DNA of 64,000 nucleotides from Planctomycetota bacterium (GTDB lineage Bacteria; Planctomycetota; B15-G4): NCBI GenBank assembly GCA_965248575.1, contig CBDFJQ010000002.1, positions 4,320,001 to 4,384,000 of the forward strand, read 5' to 3'. Shown piece by piece: positions 42,048 to 51,381 of this stretch (position 1 is its first letter; each line of letters starts with the position of its first letter). The notes under the pieces were generated by a model. It saw only the letters and a program-made list of their open reading frames with translations, ran no database searches and was not told where the DNA came from. The position numbers and the translations under genes were made by a program.

Positions 42048-44158
42048 GTCTGGGCGTGTCCTTCGGCGGGAGAGACGAGGCCGCGGAGTTGTTGTCGGGC
42101 GTCGGCGACGTGTGTGGCGGTGGCCGCGGGCCAGGCGGCGAGCAAGCGTTCGTCGTCGCGCTCGTCGGCGGCATCGGCCAAGAAGTCGGAGAGGGCGATG
42201 GCGCGCACCACCTCGCTCCGGCGTACGAAGAGCACTGCGCGCGGCGAGGGTTCAGGGTCGGCGCGAGGGGCGGTGCCAGCGAGCGGGGCGGCGAGGGTGA
42301 TTGGTTCGCCGGCCTTGGGGGGCGAGCCGTTGTCGGTAGGGTTGGTTGAGGCCACCACGGTCCCGCAGTCGCGCTGCACGGGTTCGAAGATCTGGCCGGC
42401 GTCCATGGCTCGGACCAGGGGCAGCGGGTCCATGTCAAAGCGCACCACCTGCCGAGTTTGCGTGTCGAAGAGGGCCAACTCGTACTGCGCAAGGGAGGCG
42501 ATGCGCGGGTCGTCGCAGGCCATGGCGTCGGCGGCGAAGCGGCGCGCGGCGGGGGCGCGCCTGAGCACGTGGGGCTCTTCCCAGAGCTCGTCGTCCACGG
42601 CGTTGCGCCGGGCATCGACTTCGCCAGCTTCGGCTGCAGGGATCGCCGTCTGAAAGCGGGCGCCTGCGAGAAAGGAATCGAGAAGATCGCGCAGGCTTAC
42701 CCCGGCATGGACTGCCAGGGCGCGGGCTGTGCGGGGCAAGACCTCCAGCAGCAAGTGAGCGTTGCGGGTCAGTAGCGAGAGGGCGCGCGGTGTGGTGTGC
42801 ACGGGCGAGACCACACGGAACGCTCCGAAGACCTCGGCGTCCTCCGCGATGAGCCGCGCCTGCGCAGGGTGCACGTGGCCCAAGGGGATGTCATGCCCGC
42901 GCACGAGGTCGGCGTGCACGCCCGGCAGCAGTTGCAGCTCGTCGCCGAGTTGGTTGGCCGCGCCGTTGCCCGGGGTGGGGTTGTACCAGTGCAGGGAGAG
43001 GGAGACGCCGTCCACCACCGCCATCTCGGCTGCCAGTTGCAGGTTGGCTTCCACGTCGTCGCGGGTCTCGCCCGGCACGCCGCACATGAGGCCGAGGATC
43101 GAGGCCATGCCTACTTCCGAGGCCATGCGCAAGGTGGCGCGCACGTCGAGGGTGCTGGCGCGGCCGCCCTTGTTGACGTCGGCCAACACCGGAGCGCTGG
43201 CGCTCTCCACTCCATAAAGGATGCGTCGACAGCCGGCGGCGCGTAGGGCCGTGAGCAGTTCGCGGTCCACGAGGTCGAGGCGCGTGCGGCATTCCCAGGG
43301 CAGGGTGTTGCCGCGACGTACCTTCTCGGTGCAGATCGCCAGCACCCGTTCGCGGTCGACGGTGAAGAGGTCGTGGGTGACGTAGACGCAGTCGAGGCCG
43401 TCGAGGGCCGCGAGTCGATCGAAGGCGTCGGCCGCGTGCTCGGGGGAGAGCTGGCGCGCCGCGCGTCCCCAGAAGACGGGCGTGGTGCAGAAGCTGCAGG
43501 CGAAGGTGCAGCCCCGGCCCAGGTCGATGGGGAACAGGGACTCGCTGGCCTGGGCCGCGAGGGCGTAGTCGCGCGGGCTCTCGGCGAGGTCCCAGGCGGG
43601 GGGCGCAACGTGGTCGAGGTCTGCGATGACGGGCCGAGGCGCGGTGCGGTGGGGGGCGCCGGCGCGCCGCAGCACGAGGCCGGGGACGTTGCAAGCGTTG
43701 CTACGCGCGATGAGATCGGGAGCGCCCTTATCCAACGCCGCCAACCACTCCACGAAGGTTGCCTCCGCTTCGCCCACGGCCACGGCGTCGATAGCCGGGT
43801 AGCGGGCGATGATCGCTTCCTCCACCGTCTCGGGGCCCTGGCCGCCGAGCAGGATGGGCAGGTCGGGTTGCCGGGCCTTCACCGCCGCCGCCAGATGAAG
43901 GCTGGCAGGCATGGCGGAGATCATGGACCCCAGGCCCAGGACGTCGGGGCGCTCGGCCAGCAGCCGCTCGGCGCAGGCCTCGATCAGGCTGTCGTCGGCA
44001 GTCAGGTCGCCGCGGCGCAGCTCCAGGGCCAGGTCCACGAAGCGCACCCGATGCCCGGCCTCGCGGGCGGCGGCGCCCAGATGCAACGGACCCAGCGGGG
44101 GCATGGAGTACCCGAAGGTGTCGCGGTGAGGCGGTTGGACGAGCAGGACGCGCAGCAT
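42044..44158 (-). CDS. B12-binding radical SAM enzyme (class B methyltransferase-like)
   Basis: VLLVQPP...PPLGPLHL, ILLGG, VGEAE, RGCTFACSFC, YGVESAS, MCGVPGET. ATGA overlap with the downstream rSAM gene. Confidence 0.92.
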   Translation of the reverse strand: MLRVLLVQPPHRDTFGYSMPPLGPLHLGAAAREAGHRVRFVDLALELRRGDLTADDSLIEACAERLLAERPDVLGLGSMISAMPASLHLAAAVKARQPDLPILLGGQGPETVEEAIIARYPAIDAVAVGEAEATFVEWLAALDKGAPDLIARSNACNVPGLVLRRAGAPHRTAPRPVIADLDHVAPPAWDLAESPRDYALAAQASESLFPIDLGRGCTFACSFCTTPVFWGRAARQLSPEHAADAFDRLAALDGLDCVYVTHDLFTVDRERVLAICTEKVRRGNTLPWECRTRLDLVDRELLTALRAAGCRRILYGVESASAPVLADVNKGGRASTLDVRATLRMASEVGMASILGLMCGVPGETRDDVEANLQLAAEMAVVDGVSLSLHWYNPTPGNGAANQLGDELQLLPGVHADLVRGHDIPLGHVHPAQARLIAEDAEVFGAFRVVSPVHTTPRALSLLTRNAHLLLEVLPRTARALAVHAGVSLRDLLDSFLAGARFQTAIPAAEAGEVDARRNAVDDELWEEPHVLRRAPAARRFAADAMACDDPRIASLAQYELALFDTQTRQVVRFDMDPLPLVRAMDAGQIFEPVQRDCGTVVASTNPTDNGSPPKAGEPITLAAPLAGTAPRADPEPSPRAVLFVRRSEVVRAIALSDFLADAADERDDERLLAAWPAATATHVADARQQLRGLVSPAEGHAQT

Positions 44159-44310
44159 CGTGGGGCAGGCTAGCAGCCCGCGGAGCCGGGAAAGAGGCCG
44201 AACCGGTTTCAGGAGCTGAGTCTACGGGGCGCGGTCGCCGATCGTGAGGCCGCGCGTGAAGCCGACTTCGGTACGTGCTGTGTGCCGCAACGCGGTAGCA
44301 TGCGCGCACC

Positions 44311-44571
44311 ATGGACATTCGAATCCAGTACTGCCATTCCTGAGGCTTCAAGGAGCGGGCGGCGAGTTACGCCGCCCATCTGAAGCAGGCCCTCGACGTC
44401 TCCCCTGAGTTGGAGGCCATCTCAGAGAAGGGCCAGTTCCGCGTCCAGGTGGACGGGCGCACGGTCCTCTCCCGTCGCGGCGGTCTCTTCGCCCTGCTGA
44501 CGCGCAAACCCTGGCCGTCGGAGGAGGAGGTGCTGACGGCTGTGCGGAGCGCGTTGCCACCCGCGCGCTGA
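44311..44571 (+). CDS. SelW/SelT/Rdx-family selenoprotein (CxxU), 86 aa
   Basis: MDIRIQYCHS-TGA(44341)-GFKERAASYAAHLKQ...KGQFRVQVDGRTVLSR...PWPSEEEVL. The Rdx pattern continues in frame across the UGA. Confidence 0.85.
44345..44386 (+). promoter_or_regulatory. Bacterial SECIS-like hairpin
   Basis: GCTTCA(44345)/TGAAGC(44381) lower stem and GGGCGGCG-AGTTA-CGCCGCCC upper stem starting 14 nt after the UGA, with G in the loop. Confidence 0.7.
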
Positions 44572-44636
44572 CGCGGGCCCTTCGCTCGTGCGGATCGCGC
44601 GCGCATTGCGTCGCGCGGATCGCTCGCTTGACGGCC

Positions 44637-46163
44637 TCAGCCGCGCAGTTCCTCGGCCATTCCCACCAGCTGCGCTTGGCCTTGCTTGTCGAAGGTGCTG
44701 ACAGCAATGGCCACGGCAAAGCCCACCACGAAAGAGGGCAGAAGCACATCCAGGTCGACCAGGTATTGAGCCCAATGGTCGAGTCCGGAGGAGTGCAGGA
44801 GCGGGGGAGCGGCAAACTTGAACAAGGGCACAGCCAGGAAGCCGGCGACCATGGCGCACTTGGCTCCCAAAGCCGTCAGCTTCGACCAGAACAGGCTCAG
44901 GATCATGACCGGGCAGAAGGTCGCGGCAATGCCCGACCACCCGAAGATGATCGTCCAGAAGACGCCCTTGTCCTTGTCGACCCAGACGATGCCGATGCCC
45001 ACCAGGAAGGAAACCAGGGAAAGGCCGACGGTCACCTTTCGCGAAAGTTTCATCAGGCGCTCGTCGCTCATGTTGGGGTCGCGTGTCTTCTGCCAGTAGT
45101 CACGCACGCCGGCGCTCGAAGCCACCAGCAAGAGCGAGTCGATGGTGGACATGATGGCGCTCAAGACCATGGCGATGAAGATGCCCGCGAAGAACGCTGG
45201 CAGCAGGCCTTGTGCCATCTCGGGCAGAACATTGTCCGAGTTGAAGTTCAGCATCTCAGGCGTGTAGATGGCCCGCCCGAACAGCCCCACCAAGACCGCC
45301 CCTGAATCGGCCAAGAGCGTCCAGGTCACGGCGGTCAAGGTGCCCGGGACGATCTGCTTCTGGTCCTTCATGGAGATGTAGCGCACGAAGACCTGAGGCG
45401 ACCCCAGGAAGCCGATACCGATCGCCGCGAACCCAAAGATGGAGACGATGGCACCCACGCTCCAGGATCCGCTGCTCGGTCCGTCCGGCCCAGGGCCGTG
45501 CAAACTCAGCAAGTGCGGGTCGATGGCTCGCAAGCTCTCGGTGACGCTGCTGAGTCCGCCCGCGTGATTCAGGGCGACGAGCGGCAGGGCCACCAAGCCC
45601 AGGACCATCAAGGTCCCCTGGAAGACGTCGGACCAGACGACGGCCGTGAATCCTCCTTGCGTGATGTAGAGCATGACCACGGCGAAGCCCACCGCCGCGC
45701 CTACATAGTGGTTCCAGCCCAGGAAGGCGTGGAAGGCCGCGCCCGTGGCGTGCACTTGGGCGCCGGCGTAGATGGGAACGAACACGAGCAAGGCCATGGC
45801 GGCGATCAGCCGCAAGCTGTGGCCGGAGTCACGCAAGCGCGACTCCAAGTAGTCCGGAACCGTGATCGACTCGTAGCGATCACTCAGCCGTTTGAAGCGG
45901 CCGGCCATGAACAGCCAGGCCCCTGCCACCCCGATCAATTCTCCCAACACGACCCAGAAGGCCTTGGCCCCGACCGCGTAGCCCATCCCCGTCAAGCCCA
46001 GGAGCAGCCAGGCGCTCTCCCCCGTCGCTCGCGCCGAGAAGGCCACGTTGAAGAACCCGAGGCTCTTGTTGGCGACGAAGTAGTCGCTCATGTTGCGCGT
46101 CCGCTTCGCTGCCTTGTAGCCGATGAACAACAGAATGGCGGCGTAGACACCAACGGCCATCAA
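44637..46163 (-). CDS. putP: Sodium:solute symporter, proline symporter-like
   Basis: SARATGESAWLLLGLTG, GGFTAVVWSDVFQG, FLGSPQVFVRY, SAIMSTIDSLL. Confidence 0.88.
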   Translation of the reverse strand: MMAVGVYAAILLFIGYKAAKRTRNMSDYFVANKSLGFFNVAFSARATGESAWLLLGLTGMGYAVGAKAFWVVLGELIGVAGAWLFMAGRFKRLSDRYESITVPDYLESRLRDSGHSLRLIAAMALLVFVPIYAGAQVHATGAAFHAFLGWNHYVGAAVGFAVVMLYITQGGFTAVVWSDVFQGTLMVLGLVALPLVALNHAGGLSSVTESLRAIDPHLLSLHGPGPDGPSSGSWSVGAIVSIFGFAAIGIGFLGSPQVFVRYISMKDQKQIVPGTLTAVTWTLLADSGAVLVGLFGRAIYTPEMLNFNSDNVLPEMAQGLLPAFFAGIFIAMVLSAIMSTIDSLLLVASSAGVRDYWQKTRDPNMSDERLMKLSRKVTVGLSLVSFLVGIGIVWVDKDKGVFWTIIFGWSGIAATFCPVMILSLFWSKLTALGAKCAMVAGFLAVPLFKFAAPPLLHSSGLDHWAQYLVDLDVLLPSFVVGFAVAIAVSTFDKQGQAQLVGMAEELRG

Positions 46164-46293
46164 CTTCAGAAGCGTCTCGGTGGTGATACGGAACCTCCTC
46201 TAGAACTTGAACTCAGTGGTGGGCGACCCGGTCCAGAGTACGCTGACGCTGGCTCATTGCGCAGCACAGCTTCCTGCGATGCACGCCCATCCT

Positions 46294-47259
46294 TCAGCGC
46301 GTGCCGACAAACGTCCAAGCAAGGATCCGGCTCTTCTTCTGGCCCTGTGCCATGTCCAGCGTCTTCGCTTCGGTCGCCCCGGCCCTGTCGAGCGCTTTGT
46401 GAAGGCGTGTGAGGTGCGCGCTCTTGGAAATCAAGGTGGTGAACCATCGGCACAGCTGCGGCCGCTGGGCGCTCTGCGCAATCAGTCGCTGCACGAATCC
46501 CAGCTCCCCGCCGGGGCACCAGAGTTCGCCCGCCTGTCCGCCGAAGTTCCTCGTGCTCTCTGCCAACGTCTCGGGACCTCTCCCGCCCGAACGACGCCGT
46601 CCCCGTCGCCTTGCAGGGTCACGTCCCAGGTTGCGCCGCTTTCGCTGGTTGCCCTCTGCAGCCTCCTCCTGCGATGCGTAGAAGGGTGGGTTGCACATCG
46701 AGAGGTCGAAGGCTTCACCTGACTCGACGACGCCTTCGAAGCACAACTCCTGCGAGGCCTGCTTCCGGCACTCGATCCGATCGGCGACAGATGGATGGGC
46801 AGCCACCAGGTTCGTCGCCCAGCGCCATGCGACCGGATCGACTTCCGTGCCTACGAATCGCCATCCGTATTCACTCGCCCCAATCAACGGGTAGACGCAG
46901 TTCGCACCCATGCCGATGTCCAAGACCGCGACCGACCGACCTCGGGGGATTGCAGGCTCCTCTCCTGCGCTCAGCAGGTCCGCCAGGTTATGGAGGTAGT
47001 CACTCCGCCCCGGAATCGGCGGGCACAGTGAGCCCTGTGGAATGTCCCAGGAGTCAAGTCCATAGGCGTGCTTGAGCAGCGCCTGGTTGAGCGCCTTGAC
47101 CGCCCCCGGGTCTGCAAAGTTGATGGAGATGTCCCCGTGCGCATTCGGCGCCACGAATCCAGACAAAGCCGGACTGCATGTGATCAACGACTCGAAGTCG
47201 TAACCCGCACGAAACCGGTTCCTCGCGTGCAGACCGGCTTTGATTGGAGGCACGCTCAT
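46294..47259 (-). CDS. rlmF: 23S rRNA m6A1618 methyltransferase
   Basis: LHARN, AVKALNQALL, LCPPIPGRSDY, LDIGMGANCVYPLIG, CNPPF, NFGGQ..ELWC.GGE, MAQGQKKSRILAW. Confidence 0.96.
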   Translation of the reverse strand: MSVPPIKAGLHARNRFRAGYDFESLITCSPALSGFVAPNAHGDISINFADPGAVKALNQALLKHAYGLDSWDIPQGSLCPPIPGRSDYLHNLADLLSAGEEPAIPRGRSVAVLDIGMGANCVYPLIGASEYGWRFVGTEVDPVAWRWATNLVAAHPSVADRIECRKQASQELCFEGVVESGEAFDLSMCNPPFYASQEEAAEGNQRKRRNLGRDPARRRGRRRSGGRGPETLAESTRNFGGQAGELWCPGGELGFVQRLIAQSAQRPQLCRWFTTLISKSAHLTRLHKALDRAGATEAKTLDMAQGQKKSRILAWTFVGTR

Positions 47260-47320
47260 GGCAGTCAAGGGTAGCGATTCACCGCCTGGCCCGTGCCGCG
47301 CCCTGGCTCGCAGGCTGCCC

Positions 47321-47440
47321 TCAGTTGTCGTTCACCGTTCCGAAGTTGTTCTTGATGTAGGTGTTGTCGGTCTCTGCCAGGTTGCCCGTGGCCCGGTTAC
47401 GGCTGAAGGTGTTGCCGCTTGTTGCCGTCCTGCAGTTGGG
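47321..47440 (-). pseudogene. Possible 3' remnant of an Asn-rich beta-helix protein
   Basis: Frame reads PNCRTATSGNTFSRNRATGNLAETDNTYIKNNFGTVNDN-stop with coding-like codons; no start codon, preceded by an in-frame TAG. Confidence 0.35.
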
Positions 47441-47453
47441 CTAGCGCGTCGGC

Positions 47454-48014
47454 TCATGCGTTCAGCCACGGGCGAAACAGACGGGTGAGCAGCGGTAGGA
47501 CAAACCAGACCATGGCGGTCACGGAACACGAGAGCGATACGAGCAAGGCCAGCGGCCGCGGCAGCTCGGCCAGGAGCGGCTCGAGCACGATGCCCAGGGC
47601 CATGGCCGTGGGGTAGAGCCCGAGCAGCACCATGAGCCCTGTCTTGTAGCGGGGCGGGGGCATGGCGTCGGACAGCGCATTCACCGTGAACCAGCTCTCC
47701 ATGCCGGCGAGCGAGTCGACGCGCTCGCACTGGACGCTGATGGATTCGAGCCGCGTGAGCCACTGCTGCCGATCGTCCGACTCCATCCAGGCGAGCCGGT
47801 TGGCTTCGCTCTCGAAGTGCGTGATGGCCACGTAGTCGCCGTGCTTGCCGCCCGGCCGCAGGATCGTCGTGCCCATGTTGCCCGCATAGCCGGACGAACA
47901 GCGTGAGATGCCGGTGAGCCAGCGCTCGTACTGATCATGGTGGTCCGGATGCACGCGCCGCGCGAACATGGTCGTCACGGGTTCGGTGTCTGGTGTGGCG
48001 GCTGCGCTTGTCAT
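47454..48014 (-). CDS. Antibiotic biosynthesis monooxygenase (ABM)-superfamily membrane protein
   Basis: YERWL, GTTILRP, WMESDDRQQWL, GMESWF, PPPRYK, two C-terminal TMs. Confidence 0.85.
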   Translation of the reverse strand: MTSAAATPDTEPVTTMFARRVHPDHHDQYERWLTGISRCSSGYAGNMGTTILRPGGKHGDYVAITHFESEANRLAWMESDDRQQWLTRLESISVQCERVDSLAGMESWFTVNALSDAMPPPRYKTGLMVLLGLYPTAMALGIVLEPLLAELPRPLALLVSLSCSVTAMVWFVLPLLTRLFRPWLNA

Positions 48015-48294
48015 GGCACGCAGGCTAGCAGGTGCAGCTGGGAGTCCACGAGCCGGCGGGCACTCCGTGCGGCCCAACCGCGCCCTGACCAGCGGGCGCG
48101 CATCGAGGCCTTCCTGAAGCAGGACATGCCGTCAGGGCGGTCGTTAGAACGCGCTGTCCACGCCCAGCGCAGTGAAGGATGCGCGTCAGCTCAGTGGGTA
48201 GCCCGCCAGAAGTTGGGCTTCGGTTGCGAAGCCGATTTCCCATTAGGATGTCTCCGCGCCATCGTCCCTGCCCCCCTCCCCCCGGATCCGCTCC

Positions 48295-49668
48295 ATGACC
48301 TCACCCCAGGCTGTGACCGACAACTTGAAGAAGGCCACGGACGCCCTTGCTGCGTGGGGGGCGGCCGACGAGGACGGGAAGGAGATCCTCGACAAGCTCG
48401 ACAAGCTCCTGAGCACGACGAAGGCCCTGTCCAAGTTGTCCATGGGCTTGGGCCTGGTGGGCGCGGGTCTGGGTCTGCTGGGAGCCATCTTGGGCGGCAA
48501 GAGCGACACGGATCGCATCCTGGACGCCATCAAGGGGTTGGGGGGCAAGGTCGACGGGCTCTCGAAGCTGATGTTGGATCAGTTCGCCAACCTCGAAGCA
48601 GAGGTTCACGTCAGCGCCGCCATAACGCAGATCACGGGCGCGCGCGATACGCTGAACGTAGCGCGAAGCAATGCTCTCAGCTATCTGAACGAGCTTCAGA
48701 GGGTTCCGCAGGACACGTTCAAACTCGCGGAAGCCACCAAGGACCTGAAGGGCAACTCGATCCACGAGATCGAGGTGGCTGTTGAGTCCCTCGCGGCTGC
48801 CGCGAGTGGAAGGGGCCACACGCCGATCTTTCAGGGCACGTACATGGCCAGCAACGGTGAAGTGTTGGTGATGGCTGACCTCGGGCGCCGCCTCTTCACC
48901 ACGGCGCTGATGGGTTCAGTGACAGCAGCTCTGCTGCGATCGCTGGACGAGGATCTTGACGCCATGTCGGACGAGGACAGACTTGCCTCGCTGGACGCCA
49001 AGGCCTTCATCAACGCCGAGTACTTCGATCCCAAGCTTCAGGAGATCCATAGGGAATGGGACACGTACTACCAGCTTGCCCGGCAGAACTGGCGCACCAA
49101 CATCGAGATCTGGCTCCAATTCAAGGTGTTTCCATACATGCCGGCCGCCATACACGACGCTGCAGCAGTCACTCTGGTGGACGGTCTCCAGAAGAGGGCG
49201 CCCTGGAAGGACTGGGCCGCCATTGTCTATGACCCCGTTGGCCGCTACGAGCAGCACGTGTCTTCGATCAAGCTGTACAAGCGCCAGTCCGTCTTGTTTG
49301 GCTCCCTCAACGTGGCCATTGGAGAGGCAGAATTGGACGATCCAGCGGTGGGGGGAGGCTTGAGCACTCACGTCACCATGTCGGGGCCAGACTTGCCGAC
49401 CTACTCGACGCCTGGGCCGCAGGGCAAGGACCACTGGAGCCATTCCTCGTACAAGGGTCCAGCCGAGAGCGCCATCTACAGCGCGAACGAAAACCACGAA
49501 GTGACGGAAGAGGTCAAGGACACCCGGGACGTCTATAACGCGTTGGACCGCAAGGGAGCACAGGCCTGGGTTGGCCGAGTAGGCAGCCATGCCGTGGCCC
49601 GCACCACGAACCCGGCGCGCTTCAAGATGGTGACGGGCACGACCTTTTCGATCGCCTTCTGGGGGTAG
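48295..49668 (+). CDS. Hypothetical 457-aa protein, alpha-helical toxin-like (SE-cephalotoxin/rapunzel-like pattern)
   Basis: Gly-rich hydrophobic helix LSMGLGLVGAGLGLLGAILGG followed by a coiled coil (LDQFANLE); PWKDWAAIVYDP motif; no signal peptide. The product call is tentative. Confidence 0.7.
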   Translation: MTSPQAVTDNLKKATDALAAWGAADEDGKEILDKLDKLLSTTKALSKLSMGLGLVGAGLGLLGAILGGKSDTDRILDAIKGLGGKVDGLSKLMLDQFANLEAEVHVSAAITQITGARDTLNVARSNALSYLNELQRVPQDTFKLAEATKDLKGNSIHEIEVAVESLAAAASGRGHTPIFQGTYMASNGEVLVMADLGRRLFTTALMGSVTAALLRSLDEDLDAMSDEDRLASLDAKAFINAEYFDPKLQEIHREWDTYYQLARQNWRTNIEIWLQFKVFPYMPAAIHDAAAVTLVDGLQKRAPWKDWAAIVYDPVGRYEQHVSSIKLYKRQSVLFGSLNVAIGEAELDDPAVGGGLSTHVTMSGPDLPTYSTPGPQGKDHWSHSSYKGPAESAIYSANENHEVTEEVKDTRDVYNALDRKGAQAWVGRVGSHAVARTTNPARFKMVTGTTFSIAFWG

Positions 49669-49768
49669 GGGGCGGTCGGGCGACGAAGCCGCTTGCGGGT
49701 CCTCGTGGCCCGGCGTTCATGCGCTCACACGGGAGTCTGATCCGCGGCCCGGGCCGTAACTGCGGTCC

Positions 49769-51060
49769 TTAGAACGCGCTGTCCAGCACGACCGCAGTAG
49801 AGGGTGCGCCGAGGGACAGCTCGCCGCCCGGCAAGGTTCCGATCAGGCGCACTTGAAACGGGGCTGCGAGCAGCAGTTGTCCCTGGGCGCCTGCTTGGAA
49901 CGACGTGTCGGTGCCGACGCTGGCCAGGACGGCGGCGAGCTCGCCCGCCTCACCCACGAGGTCTACGGTGAAGCTGTCGAGTTCGCGCAGGGGCGAGTTG
50001 GCCTGCATGGCGTGGGCGCTGCCGCCCAGGTTGGTGACGTTGGCCGTGGCAGATCGAAGTCCGCTCCCAGGGCGCCGCCGATGCCCGTGCCTTGGCAGAA
50101 GAGGGCGTCGGGGTTGGGGACGCCGCCCACTCCGCCCAGGGCGCTGATGTCCTGGTTGCGGAACTGCGTGCCGAAGCCGAGGGCGGACACGCCGGGGCCG
50201 CCATCGCCGCTGGGTCCGCTGGGGATCCCGCCGTCGCAGGTGCCACCCACGCCGCCGCGGCCGCCCACGAACTGCGTGCCCGAAGTGTGCAGGAAGCTGC
50301 CGTTCTCGGCCAACAGGCCCGGGCCGCCCACGAAGCCCGGACCGCCGATGAGGATGGCGTTGGCAGCGACGCCGCCGGTTACCACGCCACCCCAGATGCT
50401 GACGGTGCTGTCGTCGACGGCTAGGCCGGGCACGCCGTCGGCGGGGCTCACGACATCCAGTTGCTCCGTGCCGCCGGTGAGGATGCAGTCGACGAAGGCG
50501 ACGTCGTCACTGTGCTCGACGCGGCCGCCCTCGGTGGTCTGAATGCCGAAGAAGATCGTGCTGCCACCCATGAAGCTCGAGGACTCGATGCGCACTGAGC
50601 CTTCGTTGTCCCGCAGCCAGACGGCGGGGCGGACGGTGTCGGCATCGCCCTCGGCGGTCACCCCCGCGATGGTGACGGTGCGCGAGGCCGAGAGCCCGTC
50701 GATGAGCAGGCCGCCGTCGATGAGCACCGTGGCGCCCAGCTCGGCCACCAGGCTGAGTGAGAGGTTGCCGCCGAGGATCACCGGGCCATAGGTGCCGTCG
50801 GCCACGAGGATGGTGTCGCCGTCCTGGGCGGATTCCACGGCGAGCTGGATGCTCGGGAAGGCGCCGGAGGGGCCGACAGTGAGGATGTCGGCGGAGGCTG
50901 GGGTGGTGAGGCAGAGGAGGGTGGTTAGGGCGCTGAGGGCTGCAGCGGCCCGGGACGGGCGAAGGCTGTTGGAACGGCGGATCCATGAACGGATCCGTGA
51001 GTGGATCGAGGATCGGGCACAGGGTCGGGTCCAGGCACAGGTCTGAATCAAGGCACGCAT
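49769..51060 (-). pseudogene. Secreted beta-helix/Gly-rich protein split by a frameshift near 50047
   Basis: ASADILTVGPSGAFPSIQLAVESAQDGDTILVADGTY...GADFDLP continues in another frame as TANVTNLGGSAHAMQANSPLRE...VVLDSAF. The start codon is uncertain. Confidence 0.65.
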
Positions 51061-51304
51061 CGGAACTCTCCCTCGGAGTGGAGTCGGGTTCGACTGGGGT
51101 CTCAGAGCGCGCATCCCGGCATCCCTGCGGCTCAGTGGTGGCAGTGTCCGTCTGCCGGGCTGCTGTAGTGGGGGCTGGGGGCGGAGCGACGGGGCTCGAG
51201 ATGGCTCCGATCCGGGCTTGCTCCGGCCGGGTGCCGCTCCTATGATCCCGCGTTCCAATCACCGCTGTGGTGGCTCCCCTCGGGGCGCACCTGCGACGGC
51301 GAGC

Positions 51305-51381
51305 GGGGGTGTAGCTCAGCTGGTTAGAGCGCTAGCCTGTCACGCTAGAGGTCGAGGGTTCGAGTCCCTTCACCCTCGCCA
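51305..51381 (+). tRNA. tRNA-Asp (GTC)
   Basis: GGGGGTG acceptor stem pairs with CACCCTC; D arm TAGCTCAGCTGGTTAGAGC; anticodon arm CTAGC-CTGTCAC-GCTAG; TTCGAG T-loop; encoded CCA. Confidence 0.98.

Noticed and set aside
43728..44940. Minus-strand ORFs 43728-44351, 44348-44815 and 44422-44940
   Set aside because: They overlap the rSAM, selenoprotein and symporter genes and have no protein-like features.
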